Source of the DNA: the human T2T-CHM13v2.0 reference genome, Homo sapiens
NCBI RefSeq assembly: GCF_009914755.1
Contig: NC_060938.1
Direction: 5' to 3' (one strand)
Length of the DNA stretch: 64,000 bases
The position numbers and the translations under genes were made by a program. Below, piece by piece: positions 50,053 to 64,000 of the stretch. The notes beneath the pieces were generated by a model. The model saw only the letters and a list, made by a program, of their open reading frames with translations, made no database searches and was not told the origin of the DNA. Numbering within the stretch: the first letter of the stretch is position 1; the number at the start of each line of letters is the position of its first letter.

Positions 50053-51830
50053 TCTTTGAGGCCATCACTTTGAATGATCTTGCAAGTGAGGGCATCTGCT
50101 TCTTTCTCTCTAATAAGTCAGAATGCAAAGATCCAAAGGAGGAGAACAGCACTCCTTGGAAGTAGATGGGAGAGCTGGGACTCAGATTCTTAGGAATTAG
50201 TTGTTATCTTCAGGCAACCACGCAAGTGCCTGCTGAAACTCAAGCCTTCTCATCCCCCTTGGATAATAGAAGTGGGGCGTCAGTCTGCCTCTGTCTCCGT
50301 GTCTGTATGGGAAACATGGAGGTCATGGCATATATGACAAGTGCACATGTGCTGTTCCATTCCCACAAGGAGAGAAACATGGGGAGTAGCCTATAATTCT
50401 GTGTCTACCAGACTCCTCTTCATGCTCCTAAAAAGGCCTGTTTCTGTAACAAATCATCACCATGAGGACACATTTCTGGGGGCCTACATGATTCACAGAC
50501 TGCCCATTGTAAGTTGCTTGTAATTATCAATAGGAAACTCATGTGACCCGTGAGCCCCAAGTCCCACCCCCTTGCCCAAATTTATCAGGGCTTGCCTTAC
50601 ACACTGGTGGTTGCTATGGGCTTGGGTGACTCCCAACAGCGATGACAATATACATTCTCAGTAACCTGGAGCTGGCACTGAGGCTGCAGCCCTGGACATG
50701 GGGTGTCCTCTGGGTATAATCTCACTTAACTTTACTCTGCAAATGCAATGTTGGTCTTGCCATCCCTGTGTTGTGTTCAGTCTTATTTGATCTCACTCTC
50801 CCTGTTACCCATCTGTATAATCCCCTGGGAAGAATGAGATCTAAACAAAAACAAAGGAGAAAATGCTTAAGAAATATAATCTGACTGTCTAACAAAGCAG
50901 ATAGTTAAGTCTCTGGTGGACTCCTTTGTTTTATTTGGACTAGAGGGAGGAAGAAAAAAGCTTGGGACTGCTGCTGGAGGAACAGAAGTGCATTAGGAGG
51001 CTCATATTTCACAACTGGTTGCCAGTGTCTATATTGGCTGATGGCTCTGGTTTCCAGCTGGCGGTGGCCTTGGTTGAAACATTTACCTGGTGTCTTCAGG
51101 GATGCTGTATCAACAGCTGTAAGTAGAGCTAGTTATTCAGTCTGCTCTGAGAAAGGTTAAAGTGTGTGTCTTTGGCTTCCCCAGGGACTAATCCAGTAAC
51201 AGGAGAGTCAGAGAGAACACGTACCACTTGGGAGGGGGTTTCTTCACCGGGATTTTCGTTGTTATTTTAGTTACAAATGGAAGCATTTAAAACCTAAATC
51301 TGTATTTAGGCAGTGAGAGGAGAAACAGGGACGGAAATGAATTATTTATTTCATCACTGGGGTCCTGGAAGCGTGGAGTGGGCGTTAATCTCCTTTGAAC
51401 AGGAGCCTCTGGGTCGGGCTTGAGGTCGTCTGTGTGAGATCTGACCTTATCTGCTCCTGGCCAGACATCTCGGCTTTGAGGAAATTGACTTGAGAATACT
51501 CCAAATAAACCCTTTACCTTGTTGTTCAGAAGGATGTGAATATTTACCTAGCATATAGTCAGAGGAATCGAAAGTGCTTGTGTCTGTGATTTCTTTTAAT
51601 CCCATTATTTCCCAGTAGATCTGACGGGAGACCTAGAAGCAAGGGAGGAGTGCCTCACGCTGGTGGTCAACTGGGAGTTGGGGGTACCGTGTGGCTTTCC
51701 TGTGTGTTGTGCTCAAGGAATGTGTATCTGCACATTTATCCAGTGAGAGAGCTGCTTTTGTTCCCATTTCACTGATGAGGAAATCGAGGTTTAAAGAGAT
51801 TCAGCATCTCACCTAAGATCACCCAGCCCT

Positions 51831-52151
<321 letters not shown>

Positions 52152-53539
52152 CTAAATTATCCCTGCTGGGATTGCTGGGATTCAAGTCCAGGGTGCTCTT
52201 CATAACCCCATCTTGAGCTCTTTCCAGTGTCTCGTGCATGCTGCTACTTTCCATCTGCCCCAAGGCAGCATATCTAATAAAAACATTGAAAAACTTTCCC
52301 AAGGCCAGGAAGGGAGAAGTAAATGGGTCAGGGGTTACAATCACTGGTAAAGACAGAACAAAACCCATCTTCATAAAGAACAGTGATTTGCCCTTTTACC
52401 CTCTCCTGTCCTATTTCTGTTTTTTTCTGGATTCATAAATATTTGTATGTGAATACTCTTGTATGTGTATACCCTCTCTTTCCTTTCGTCTTCTCTGCTC
52501 TTTAGAGGGCACAATGAGTAGTTGTCATTGTTTTTTAAAGGTTCCTGCAAGGCTCTCTGTTGGATTTAGTTTATTCTTGCTAAAACATTTCTGAGACAGC
52601 TGTTGAAAGCAACTGGTGCTTTGTACATTTCTGTCTTCAGTCATCAAGGTGGGGTTCTTGGTTCCATGGTAGAGAGAAGGAAGGGTTGGGTGTACTTCTT
52701 CCTTTCACAGTTTTGAAGTTTCAAGGTCCCTAAACCGAGTCAAAAGAGGTATGTGTTTGAAAATGCTTTATGCCTCCAAGGTCTCATAGGCTTCAAAACA
52801 TTGCTGGTTTCCCCTTCCAGATCCATTGCTTGAGTGTCTGTTGTGTGCTGGGCGTCGGAGATTCAGAGACCATGTTCCTTGATAACCAGCAATTACCTTC
52901 TGAATGTTACCTGAGTGCAGATGAGGAAGGTCTCTGAAAGCATACAGGGCGGGGGCTTCCAATACACACTCCCTACTTTGGACTGTTCACCACTTTGAAT
53001 AAAACTAGGATCACACTCCCATTCCTTCCAAAATTCTTACTCCTTTCTACCGCACTACCCTCAATCTGCATACCAGCCCTTTTTTTTTAATCAGCTCTTA
53101 AATTTTACTCTAATCCAAGCCAAAAAATTTTATTGAGCCTTCATGGGTTATTAGGGGCAGGGGGATTGCATAAATGAAATAAGCCAAACCCTCAGCTTCT
53201 GAATCTTTACAATCCTTTGGGGAAGATGCCTGTCAAATATGTAATTGGGAAAGCCACAGATGTTAGGAAAAGGGGCAAAGTGTACTAGGGAAGTTGAGTA
53301 AGGAGGTTGCACTCCCTGGCTATTCGGAAAGGGGTGATCATTCCTCCTGGACTCTAGTTTGAACATCCTTTGCCTTGCTCTTGCTACTCCATGAAAATGC
53401 GCTCTGGAGTCCAAGACCTCCAATAGTAGTATTGTGTAATGTTGTAGCCTTATTTAATGTCTCTTTGTTTTCTGATTGTCTCTGTCATGTTGCTTGCCGT
53501 GATATACCACCTTCTGTGGGGCTGCAGACAAATAAATCC

Positions 53540-54050
53540 TCCCTCAACTCTGTGCTCCATGTGTCACTCTCCCAATGAAAAGACTTTTGATGGCTGCCCC
53601 CATTCCCTAGAAGATAAAGTTCAAGCTCCTTAGCCTGGCATTCGGTACTTCACAGTTTGGCTAACCTCAGCTCCCATCCCACTTGCTGAAACCTTGGCTA
53701 GAACCCCACCCTGCTAATCCATGATGCTTCACTATCCCAGGTGCCGTCTTATCTCTGCTCGTGCTTGCCCATTTATCAGGGACATTTCTCCCATTTGTAG
53801 CCATATCTTGAAGTTTAATTTGAGCCTCACACACTCTGTGACACTTTGCCTGGCCACCTCAACTCCTTAGAATGTCGTGCTGCTTTCTAGCTGCACCATG
53901 CATTAGCTATCTTCCCCGCACTATGCCTTTCTGCAATGTGTGTCACCTTCGTGTCTCCCCAACCAGTCTGAAATGAGGCTGGGCACCTTATTTCTTACTC
54001 CTTATGGCCACCATAATGCCTCTACAAATAAAGGCTTGATGTTATAGGAG
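53540..54050 (+). mobile_element. L2 LINE 3' region
   Basis: atggctgcccccatt...ataaagttcaagctccttagcctggcattc. Confidence 0.6.
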
Positions 54051-54339
54051 AGGAGATTGACTGTATCTGATTAACTAGTATTTCACAGGGTTTAACACAA
54101 TGCTTGGGTGGGGGATAAATAGGAAAAGAACTTGAAGATTTAAAGTGAATTTAAAATTGTATATATCTTCCCAAATATCAACCTACGAACATGATAAAAG
54201 TATTACTTTCATTTTTGTGGGGGATGAGGTACCGTGGTATGGGCTACAGAAATTGAGATTGGGGCAGAGGAGGAACAGTAACACAGAAGGAGGTGAGTTG
54301 GGAAAGAATGAAGAGAGACCTAAAATCAAAGTGCCCTGT

Positions 54340-55380
54340 GTGTGGATTGAGAAGCCCTGGATTTAAGTCCTAACTCTGCATTTCTGACTGCATAGCTTGG
54401 GTAAGACGCAGCACACCTGGAGCCTCATCTGTTGAAGGGGGATTTAACCCCTGCCGTGCCTGCCCCAGGTTTGTTGGGAAATTAAATGTGTGCAGTTTGT
54501 AAACTGTAAAGTGTACTGTGAATGGAAGGGAGTGGTGTTACTATAAACAGCATCATCATTTATCAGCTAAATCCTCCCTGAGCCATACTGTGGCAGGGGA
54601 ATAGATCGATGGATAGGTCTGCTGTGACAGGCAGGAAAAGACCAGACTGGAGGGAGCCTGTGGTCAGATCCTGTAGGCCCTCCCATCTGTACGAATATTC
54701 TCATGCCAAGGAAGTGCTTCCCTAGGCCTTGTGAATAAAGATAAGGTGCATAGGTCCTAACCTTACCTGTGACAGGTACAAGTGGGAGCCCAGTCCCAGG
54801 ATCCTGATGGTCAGATATCAGGTTTTGGGGTATAAATATGAACACAGGAACTAGCAGGAGAGGTGGGTTGTGGTTCTAGATCTGTACTTACCAGCCATGA
54901 GCAGTTTCTCCAAATGTAGTATTATTAATACAATGAGTGCCAAGGATGGAGTGCTTCATGGCCATTATCTCACTTCATCCTTGCAACAACACTATGAGCT
55001 GGGTGTATAGCAATATGTGTTATTATCCTCCTACTACAGACAGGAGAACAGGGTCAGGGATTGAGACTAGCCCAAGGTAACTAGCTAATGAGAAACCCGA
55101 GCTGGGATTGGAACCCAGGCCTGAGCTCTTAACCACTATGCTCTGCAGCCTTCAACCTCTTGGAGCCTGTCTTTTCATCTGTATTATGGGGATAAACCCG
55201 CTTACCACATGGGGTATGAGGATCTGATGAGAGAATGGACATGGAAGGACTGTGCACACTGCAAAGTGTCTATGGTACATTCACTGAGCACCTACTGCAT
55301 ACCTGGCATTGCTGTGGGTACTAGGACATAGTGGAGCATAGGACAGCTGAGACACCTGCTCACAATGAGATGTGTTCTAC
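54340..55380. mobile_element. Cluster of MIR fragments in both orientations and an L2 tail
   Basis: MIR cores at about 54420, 55030 and 55175; cattcactgagcacctact at about 55280. Confidence 0.6.
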
Positions 55381-55429
55381 CCATGATCTGTTAACAGAGG
55401 AAGCTGTCAGAAAGTGGGAAGAAAAAAAT

Positions 55430-56080
55430 GCAGTGATCTGAGAGTGTTTTTGTTTTCAAAAAGGAAGAAGTCCTGTTAATTGCCAGTCATTGCCCTTTAA
55501 GTCTACCTTCATTCATTCTGAAGTATAAATAACAAAACCAAATTAAGAGATTACGCAATGTGGGAAATTTACAGAGACAGTTAAACAGAGAAAAGCAAAG
55601 AGAGTGCATTAATAAAAGGACAAATCATGTCAGGACATTCTGATCACTACAGAAAAGCAAATCACAGTTCTAGAAGGTGAGAAGTATGCAGTGGATGTAA
55701 TATATCTGGATTTTAGTAAAATCACTTGATGGAGAAATGGCCTGAAATCTTGCCTGAGAAATTAATTCAAGCTGGCCAGGGGGGAAGCCATGTCACTCAG
55801 AATGAGAACTGGCTGGGAGATGGGAGTGAAGGTTGTGATGACAAATGGCCTTAGCTTTCGGGGTGTGATAGGGTCAGGTGAGAAGACCCAATTTGGCCAT
55901 CATCACTTAATGATCTGGAAGAACAACTAAACTCCTGGTACTGACATTCATACGTGATGCTAAATTGGGAGGTGTCATGGCGATGGCTTGTGGAAGGAAG
56001 CATAGTATAAGAGGTCAGCAGTCAAGGACAGGAGGCCGAGGCAGGTAGGAACAATGCGGGAGAGTACAGGCAAGGACAAA
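55430..56080 (+). mobile_element. L3/CR1 LINE ORF2 (reverse transcriptase) fossil
   Basis: 55688-55720 translates as AVDVIYLDFSK; 55947-55973 as FIRDAKLGG (compare FADDTKLGG); upstream FKK and KSCQ remnants. Confidence 0.8.
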
Positions 56081-56399
56081 TGGAGGGAATTTCCTTGAGG
56101 ACAATCTGCAAACATTAAAAAATTTGCAAATATATAAAAATTAGCATCAGGACAGGAATGAGACAAAGGTCCAAGGCCGTCCAAGGATTTATCCTTCCAT
56201 AATTTGAACTGAACGTGAGGAATGGACAGGGGTTATGTTTCGGGGTGTGGGAAGGCACCTGAGCCATGGTGGTCCTTATAGCCACAGTGTTGCATAGGAC
56301 TATCCCTTCCTCTCTCTTCAGTGTGATAGGGTCAGAGGCAGAAGTACTCTGCCTTTCACAGTGTCACAGATTGCTTGAATGAATGTACACTGTGCACAT

Positions 56400-56835
56400 T
56401 TGCATTCTGCCTCTACTACTGAATCTGTAAAATGGGAGAATAATAGTCCTTACTTTGGGAATTTTATGAGGAATAGACAAATGTGATACCCTAACACCAT
56501 GCCTCATATATGGTAAGTGCTTGATAGATGTTATCTATTATTATCGTTATTTTTATCATTATCATCATTGCCCTGTGTGCCCAGTCTGTACCTGATGGAA
56601 TGGCCTTTCTCATTCAAGTAGGGGAAGAAACATCCAGAGAACAGTTTGAAAAAAAGCATAGGGTGTAAAAAAAAAGCCTAGGGTCAGGGGATCTAGATTC
56701 TTTCCCAAGCTCTGCTATAGCTGACCTTGAATGAGTTGTTTCATCTCTCTGCCCCTGTTTCCATTTGTACAAACATCTGGGGCTTGACCTGGTGATCTCT
56801 GAGGTCCCTTCTAGCTGGAAAAGTTTGCAAATCTA
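56400..56835 (+). mobile_element. MIR and MIR3 fragments
   Basis: atctgtaaaatgggagaataatag; gatctctgaggtcccttctagct. Confidence 0.65.
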
Positions 56836-56953
56836 TACAAATATGCAAAGTGAGTTGAGCTTTGTATTATTCAAGTTGTCATTTTTGAGGGATATCTTCT
56901 AACACATCTCACTCTATAGACTTATTCTTTACCCAGCAATTGCCATCCTGGAG

Positions 56954-57045
56954 AGGGTGACAAACTTGTATACTTTTAGCACTGAAAGCCCCGTCTTCCA
57001 GAAACCCCCTTAGTCCTGGGCAAACCAGGATGATTGGTTAGCCTG
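56954..57045. mobile_element. MER81 hAT-Blackjack MITE
   Basis: agggtgac...ttttagcactgaaag...gtcctgggcaaaccaggatg.ttggt. Confidence 0.75.
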
Positions 57046-57709
57046 CCCATAGGATAACTGCTAGCCTGTTGGAATGTTGCATGGAAGTCTAAATACACAT
57101 CTGCAAGAATGCAGGAGTTTTACTGAGCTCAGGGGAGCCATCCCTAGAAAGCCACCCAACATTTTTTATGGGGAGTAGAGTGATCAAAGTTGGGGAAGTG
57201 TGTGCATTGGAGGTGCCAGAGACACGAGTACCTATAGAATGATATCTGTGGCCATACCTCATCTCTACACTGACCCAGTCCCACTCAGGGTTCTTTTGGC
57301 TGCTTGCAGCCTTAACATGTGCTGAGAGGAGAGTCATGAGTCTGAGAAGGGCACCATTTCACAGGATAAGTAAATGTGAAGTTACTCTGTGAAAAGAATG
57401 AGCTGAAACAAGGAGTTGGTTATGTTTTCCACAGCTCCATCTGGAATAACATGTTCCGTTTTGGATTCCTCAGGGACCAGAAAGGTGACAGGTTGAAGGG
57501 ACTGTGAGGGAGTCACGCATGTGATTGACAATGTAGAGGAAGTAATTGAAGGGAAAAAAAGAAAAGAACAAAAGGTATACATCGTGGTGGGGTGCACATG
57601 TTTGTGCAGGGAAAGAGAAGTTAACTAGGACATCCAGGAGCAGAAGTAAGATGAAGCGTGGTGTTCACAGAGCAATGGAGGTTGAGGCAAAATTCGCTCT
57701 GAAGTTACA

Positions 57710-58140
57710 CATTTAATTCTGCAAATATTTATTTAGCAGCTACTTACTCTGTGCTATGATCTGTTCTAGGTGTGGGGAACACATAAAGATGATTACTGCC
57801 CTTTCTTTGTTCTAGTGGAGGAGACATGCAGTGTGTGTAATTGTGAACAGAATGGATCTGAATTCGAATCCAGTTAGTCTGCTTACTCACACAACTCACT
57901 GTGTTGCCTTGAGTGAGTTACAAAAAAAAAAAAAAAAATCTCTCTGTTCCTGAGTTTCCTCATCTGTAGAATGGACATAATCATAGTACTGCCTGTTATG
58001 GTTGTGAGGATTAAACTAGTTTATGTATTTTAAGTACTTACAAGAATACTTGGCACATGATCCATGTTACTAATATTATTATTAAGTGAACTAATGCATT
58101 CAAAGTGCTCAGTGCAAGACTCAATAAATGTTAGATATTA
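57710..58140. mobile_element. Antisense L2 tail followed by a sense MIR containing an A17 run
   Basis: caaatatttatt...ttctaggtg; gagtttcctcatctgtagaatgg...ttgtgaggattaaa. Confidence 0.7.
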
Positions 58141-58589
58141 TTAGTTATTGTTAATGGTATATCGAAATGAGGCATAATAGAACCATGTTTGAAGTGCAAA
58201 GGCAACAAAGACAAGGCAAAATCACTTGGGGTCGGGGAAAGAATTAATATCACAGAAACCTACTGTCAACCTAAAGGTGATATTTGAATGGGGATAGGAA
58301 GGATCAGTAGAGCTTTGCCTGCTGGGAAGAAAGGGAATCCTAGGTGAAGCAAACAACATGAACACTGGCTCATCTCCTGAGGTTGTAGCTGGCAATTTGA
58401 TCTTTTATTTTTTAGCTTCTTAGGAGCTTTTTGTAGCAATTCCTGCTGCATTTGCTGATGAATACAGCACCAAAGACAGTAAGTTATTTACCCTACTTAT
58501 TATTTATAGCTCAAACTCCAGGCTTGAACTCAACGCATTACTTTATGGTACTTCAACTATAAGGGATTTTTGTTGTTGTTTGGCAGACG

Positions 58590-58800
58590 CATTGACTGAT
58601 TCATTTATTCACTCATTCAGCAAATATTTATGGAATGCCTATTATCCGCCTACTGCTCTTGTAGATACTGGGCATATAGCAGTGAGCCAAGAAACTGCTG
58701 CTCTCATGGAGCTTCCATTTCAGAGGAGGAGGCAGGCATCAAAAGAAGAAGTATATACTACATCAGGCGGTGATAAATGCTACAAAGAAAGATAACAGGA
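58590..58800 (-). mobile_element. L2a 3' end
   Basis: tcattcagcaaatattta...ctctcatggagctt. Confidence 0.8.
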
Positions 58801-59113
58801 GTGGGAGCCTCCCTCACAGAACTGAAAACATGCACTCAGCCTAGGCCTGGGCTCAGGATCTGGAGGTGCTAAAGGAGGATCCAGGGGAATGTAGAGCAGT
58901 TGGAGGTCCAGCCGCTGCTTCATGTCAGTGAGGTGAATCAGCACATCAGCAACAATGTGTATGGGCTGCAAAATGGCTAGTGCTTTTCCTCTATCCTCCA
59001 AATTGCCCAAGAGTCTTCCTTAAGGCCCTCTCTAAGCAGAAACATTCAAGAAAGAGAATTCTGGGAAACGTAGTTCAGCCTAGCCAAGTTGACACATAAC
59101 AAAGCCGACACAC
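58801..59113 (-). mobile_element. LTR41-like ERVL LTR, 5' part
   Basis: gaattctgggaaa.gtagttcagcctagccaagttgacacat...caca. Confidence 0.7.
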
Positions 59114-59141
59114 AGGGGATGGGGTGGGTGGAGGCTCCTAA

Positions 59142-60257
59142 GACTCATCTTGCTCTAAATCATAGCTCTCTACAGGGAAGGCTTCTGTGAGTTAAAATCC
59201 CAATTGTTCCTAGGCAGTCTAGGAAAAAATAATTCTCATGAGACGTTTTTGACTGTTCGCTCAATAGACGATGACTCTCCAGTTAAAGCTATTTCTCAGG
59301 GTAAGCTTCTTTTGATTTTCCAGCAACTACTCAAGTACCCAGATGGTAACTAATAGGAGATTTGATTCATGTTCCCTGGGGTGGAAGATGTTGAGTTGCA
59401 TCAATCATCATTAACCACAGCATCATATTCAACTATTTGACGCAATAGAATTCAATTGACATAATTATTCCATGTAATAGAACTAAAAAATGAAACAAGA
59501 GCTTGTCTCTGGGAAATAAAAAAAGCTAATGCAAACGTAAAGACAACTATCCAATTGAATTTGATCATTTATTTAGTCACTCATTTCACAAGTATTTGTG
59601 TTCAACATAGGCACATTAATGGGCTAAGCATGGAGGTGATGCATAAATATCCACACCAGTCCTTCTTGATATCAAGAATTTTCCAGATATGTAATTTTAA
59701 TCCAGCTTAAGAGCTAGGGATGGAGATGCTACAAGAGGAAGTGTGTAAGTCTCTCTGGGCAAAGAAGGAAAGGCTTTGAGATAATTTCTTACCTGCATAT
59801 AAGATGATATCCCCACTTTCAAAGAACTTAAAATCTAGTTGAGGATTGACATGTATACATGGCAAGGTACTATCTTACAACTGCAAACCTAGGCTGCTGA
59901 GGAAGTGCAGCAGGCATTTGGGGTAGGGGTGGGGACAGGATTCTGCCACATGGTCTCCATCACAGCTTTAAAAAAACCAGATCTTTTTGTGTTCATTCCA
60001 GAAGCTGCACAGTTTCTAGAGACTTGTCTTTTCACAGGAAATATCCTACTCAGAAATAGTGTATTTGGCAGGGGACTATTCTCCTGCAATCTTTGCCTTT
60101 GTCTACAGCATGTTAAAATGAGAGAGCTTCTGATTCATAGGAGTTATAAAAATAATATAGTAATTACAAAGTTCACTTTCGTGACTCACTTTGCTCTAAA
60201 TTCTGGCACTCTACAGGGAAACCTTCTCTGAGTTAAAATCCCACTTGCTGTTTCTAG
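59142..60257 (+). repeat. Dispersed direct repeat, ~70-bp copies at 59142-59213 and 60183-60257
   Basis: gactca..ttgctctaaat..t.gc.ctctacagggaa..cttct.tgagttaaaatccca.ttg is present in both copies. Confidence 0.9.
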
Positions 60258-62989
60258 TTTGAAAGTGTCAATGGGTCCACAATTTTGAGGTTGAATCATT
60301 CTGCAACACGAGGGCTTGAGGGGGAAGCTTGGGGACCTGAAGAATGACAGTTTTCAGTGTTTGTATATGTCTCTTTAAAAAAGTAGGAAATAAATTGGCT
60401 GATTTGTCATGATTACATCATGTGTAATACTTGATCACAGAGTACCTTGTTTTGGATTTGTATTTATTTTTCTCCCTCCTGCTCCTATCTAATTGCCCTC
60501 TCCAGAATGAAGGCTTCCACTGCCTTTTGGCTTCATTAACAGCTTTCATTTTCATTAAGAGCTTTGCGCTAATGGACTGTTATAAAATGCACAGTTGTTT
60601 CTTGCAGTCACTGCCAAATGCCTCCCATTCTACTGACAGTTTTGTGCATTAGGCCAAAAAGAAGGGGGAAAAATCCAGTAGGAATTAATATCCAAGGAGA
60701 AGATATAACTACCTCTGTCCTTGAGGTTTTTTGGGGAAGTTGGGATCAGCACCTGGAAGCCCATGACTGTTTTCTCTCTGCTCTTTAAATGTTTCTTGAT
60801 TCGACAAATGAAAGAAGACAATAGGAAGCTCATTTTTCTCATAATATTTTGGAATTTGAGGGTTGTTGAGAATTAGACTTACAGAGGCTTCACAAGAAGG
60901 AACACTGATAGTGATTAGATTTCATCAACCTGGCTCCAATTACACATACAATGGTTATTATTGCAGTTACGAGCATCAAAACAGCAGATGCTCCCAGGGT
61001 AATACTTGGTGTACCGTCCACCATATGCAATGGAAGGCTCAGTATTGATGTATGGTTGCAGAGTTTGATTTCTTTATACGGTAGGGTGGTTTCTGTACTC
61101 CTAGTGACACAGTTAAACAGAGAATATTTTAAAATCTTAGGAATTTAAGGAAGCTTAGAGATAATTAATCCAATCTCCTCACCCTTTCATTTTCTTGAAA
61201 CAGAGAGAGCTTGAGGAATGGGTAAGTGTGACCTAGATGTCAGCTGCAGTCACCTTGACCCTAAGAGATTTGGCTAAGCTTGACAGGAGTCCCCACAATG
61301 TGCCTTATGAGTTAAACTCTGCACTCCCACCCCCATTCTCTTTCCTGTTCTCTCCTTCTGGTGTTTTTTTCCTCCAGAACACTAAGAAAATTCTTCCTCT
61401 CATTTCACATGGAAGGAGCCCACCTAATTTAGGTGGGCTTGGTACACTGTTCTTCCACTCTAACGCCTTTCCCAAACAAATTTAAATCTTTCTCAGACAA
61501 TTAGTAGGGAAAAAATTACTCCATCATATTACATTAATCTCAGAGCTAATCTAAAACTCAGGTTTTAAATTTTTGATTCCATGCTGTTTCTACAATATAA
61601 TGTATTTCCTTGAAATAAGGTATGCCATAGTGCTGAAAGCCATTGCCATGTATGATATACTTGGGTTTTTTGAATTTGTCCAGTCTTTTCCACTTTGTAG
61701 GAAGGTTCTAAGATTAGCCAACCCCTTAATGGGCTGATATCTAGAATCAAGACTTAAAGTTTTTATATTAACTAATTAAAATCTTTGTAATTATACACTT
61801 ATGTAATTGATATGGATGTTAATATAACCTCATTAATATCTTTGCAAACGAACTGATAGTATATACAAATTTACTAGCAGTTTTTCATTACTCTGTAAGT
61901 ACATACCTGTTGCCCCTTATTAAATAAAATATATCAGTACATTTCCTAACATTTCCCAGTTTTATGTTCTTGTATATTTGAAACATTGGAGTCAGAATCT
62001 GTTTGCCTTTGTGTTTGAGCATGCAAATTTTAAAGGGTCAGGGCTCTAGTTCTTAGATTTTATGCAGGATATTTTGCTCATCATGAGTCTATAATGTCAA
62101 ATAATAACCACAAGGATTTACAAAGCCCAGTTTGAGAAAGGTCACCAAAATATATGAGTTGACTTTTAGAGCTGATACTCTAGGCTTGAAATGAGGATGA
62201 TTAAATCTTAAACCTTCACTAAAGTTTGGAAGAGCCTGGCTGGATTTGAGTTTTAAAGACCGAGGCATGATTAGCCTTCTTTTTCTATCATACCCTTCTC
62301 CCAGTTTAGCTACTGAGCACTGTCTTTAAAAGTACTGTTGTTTTAATAAAAAAAGGAACAAAAGTATTACCTCATCAGCATTTAAAACATGAAAAAATGG
62401 GATGGAGAAAAGACATGAGATGAAAAGACTAGTTTGAAAATGTTCCAAGATCCCAAGATGCAAACATGCAAAGCATCATGGGGGCAGAGAACGTGGCCGC
62501 ATGAGGTAGCTCCAATCTCAGCAACATAAAAAGGCAGAGTGTTTACCAAATCTTTGAAACAGCTTTATTCCCAGAAAGGACCAATTATAGTTGAATATAA
62601 TCCAGAAAATTGTGATTGAAGGCTACTTCCTGGAACAGGTAGCCTGAGAGTTCCAGGATGTGTGAGTTGAGGAGGAAATGCTGTTCACTTCCAAAGAAAT
62701 GACTGGTGAGTAGAAGGCATCTGAAGGACAATGACTGACATCCTAAAGACTGGGGAGTGTGCAGAGGGTAAGCTGTTATCATTTGATGTATTGGAATGAG
62801 AGTGCTTGATTACTCCATATAAAAATAGTTTTGTCCTGAGATCTGGAATTTCACTCTGCTGCATCAATATACAGTTTTACGGGCAACCTTAAAACAAGGA
62901 CCATGTAATTATGGCCAGCCAGGCCAATTAGAGAGAAAACCATGAAACAGCTGGGTGTTAACTATCTCTGGAGGTTGATGTTGAGAAAA

Positions 62990-63606
<617 letters not shown>

Positions 63607-64000
63607 TGTACCATATTTTCTTAGAGCTGTCACACTGCCCCCTTCCATGGAACTGGCTGATAAAGGCTTTAAGTGTCATCTAACCCAAGTGTACTTCCTA
63701 TACTGTAATCTTTTAAAGGCAACTTTGAACAATTTAAAAATTATTGTGACTTAAAGGAATCGATATCTAATGATAGAATTCTAGTTCCTGGCTTACTGGT
63801 ATGGGAGACAGTTTTGTCTGGGGCCAGCCAGTCCCATCTTGGTATCACACTTTGTAATTTTCTGAGCATTTGACCTTTTCTTCATGTGGTCTTTGTCAAC
63901 CTACTTGTAAGGCCAGCCTGCCTATAAAATGGAGGACTCTCCAGGACCACTTTAATCGGAGGTCAGAATAATTTACAGTTACTGTGCCAGTGGTTTGTGT

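Overview
Primate (almost certainly human) genomic DNA, judged from AluJ/AluS, THE1, MER4 and MER1 elements. The window is CpG-poor and dense in ancient MIR, L2 and CR1 (L3) repeats, MaLR/ERV LTRs and hAT/Tigger DNA-transposon fossils. It contains no prokaryotic features, CRISPR array or recognisable structural RNA gene, and the long ORFs in the track look spurious or Alu-derived. It reads as intronic sequence of a large + strand gene that I cannot name. Repeat-poor islands (about 8.9-9.9, 22.7-23.7, 28.5-32.9, 35.3-37.8, 38.5-39.8 and 43.2-44.5 kb) carry + strand splice signals. The best-supported is a 30-nt frame-preserving microexon (28894-28923, GLSHLMMSEQ). There are also candidate alternative first exons (MLPQMSVKIQ; MFVLRCLLRMLQCYCLYC; MLF) and several weaker microexon candidates. 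Notable structural oddities are a ~200-bp inverted local duplication inserted into a MIR (3943-4145 vs 4655-4858), a ~70-bp direct repeat 1.04 kb apart, and a CR1 reverse-transcriptase fossil with legible motifs. Repeat family names and most old-repeat boundaries were assigned by eye from remembered consensus sequences and are approximate.
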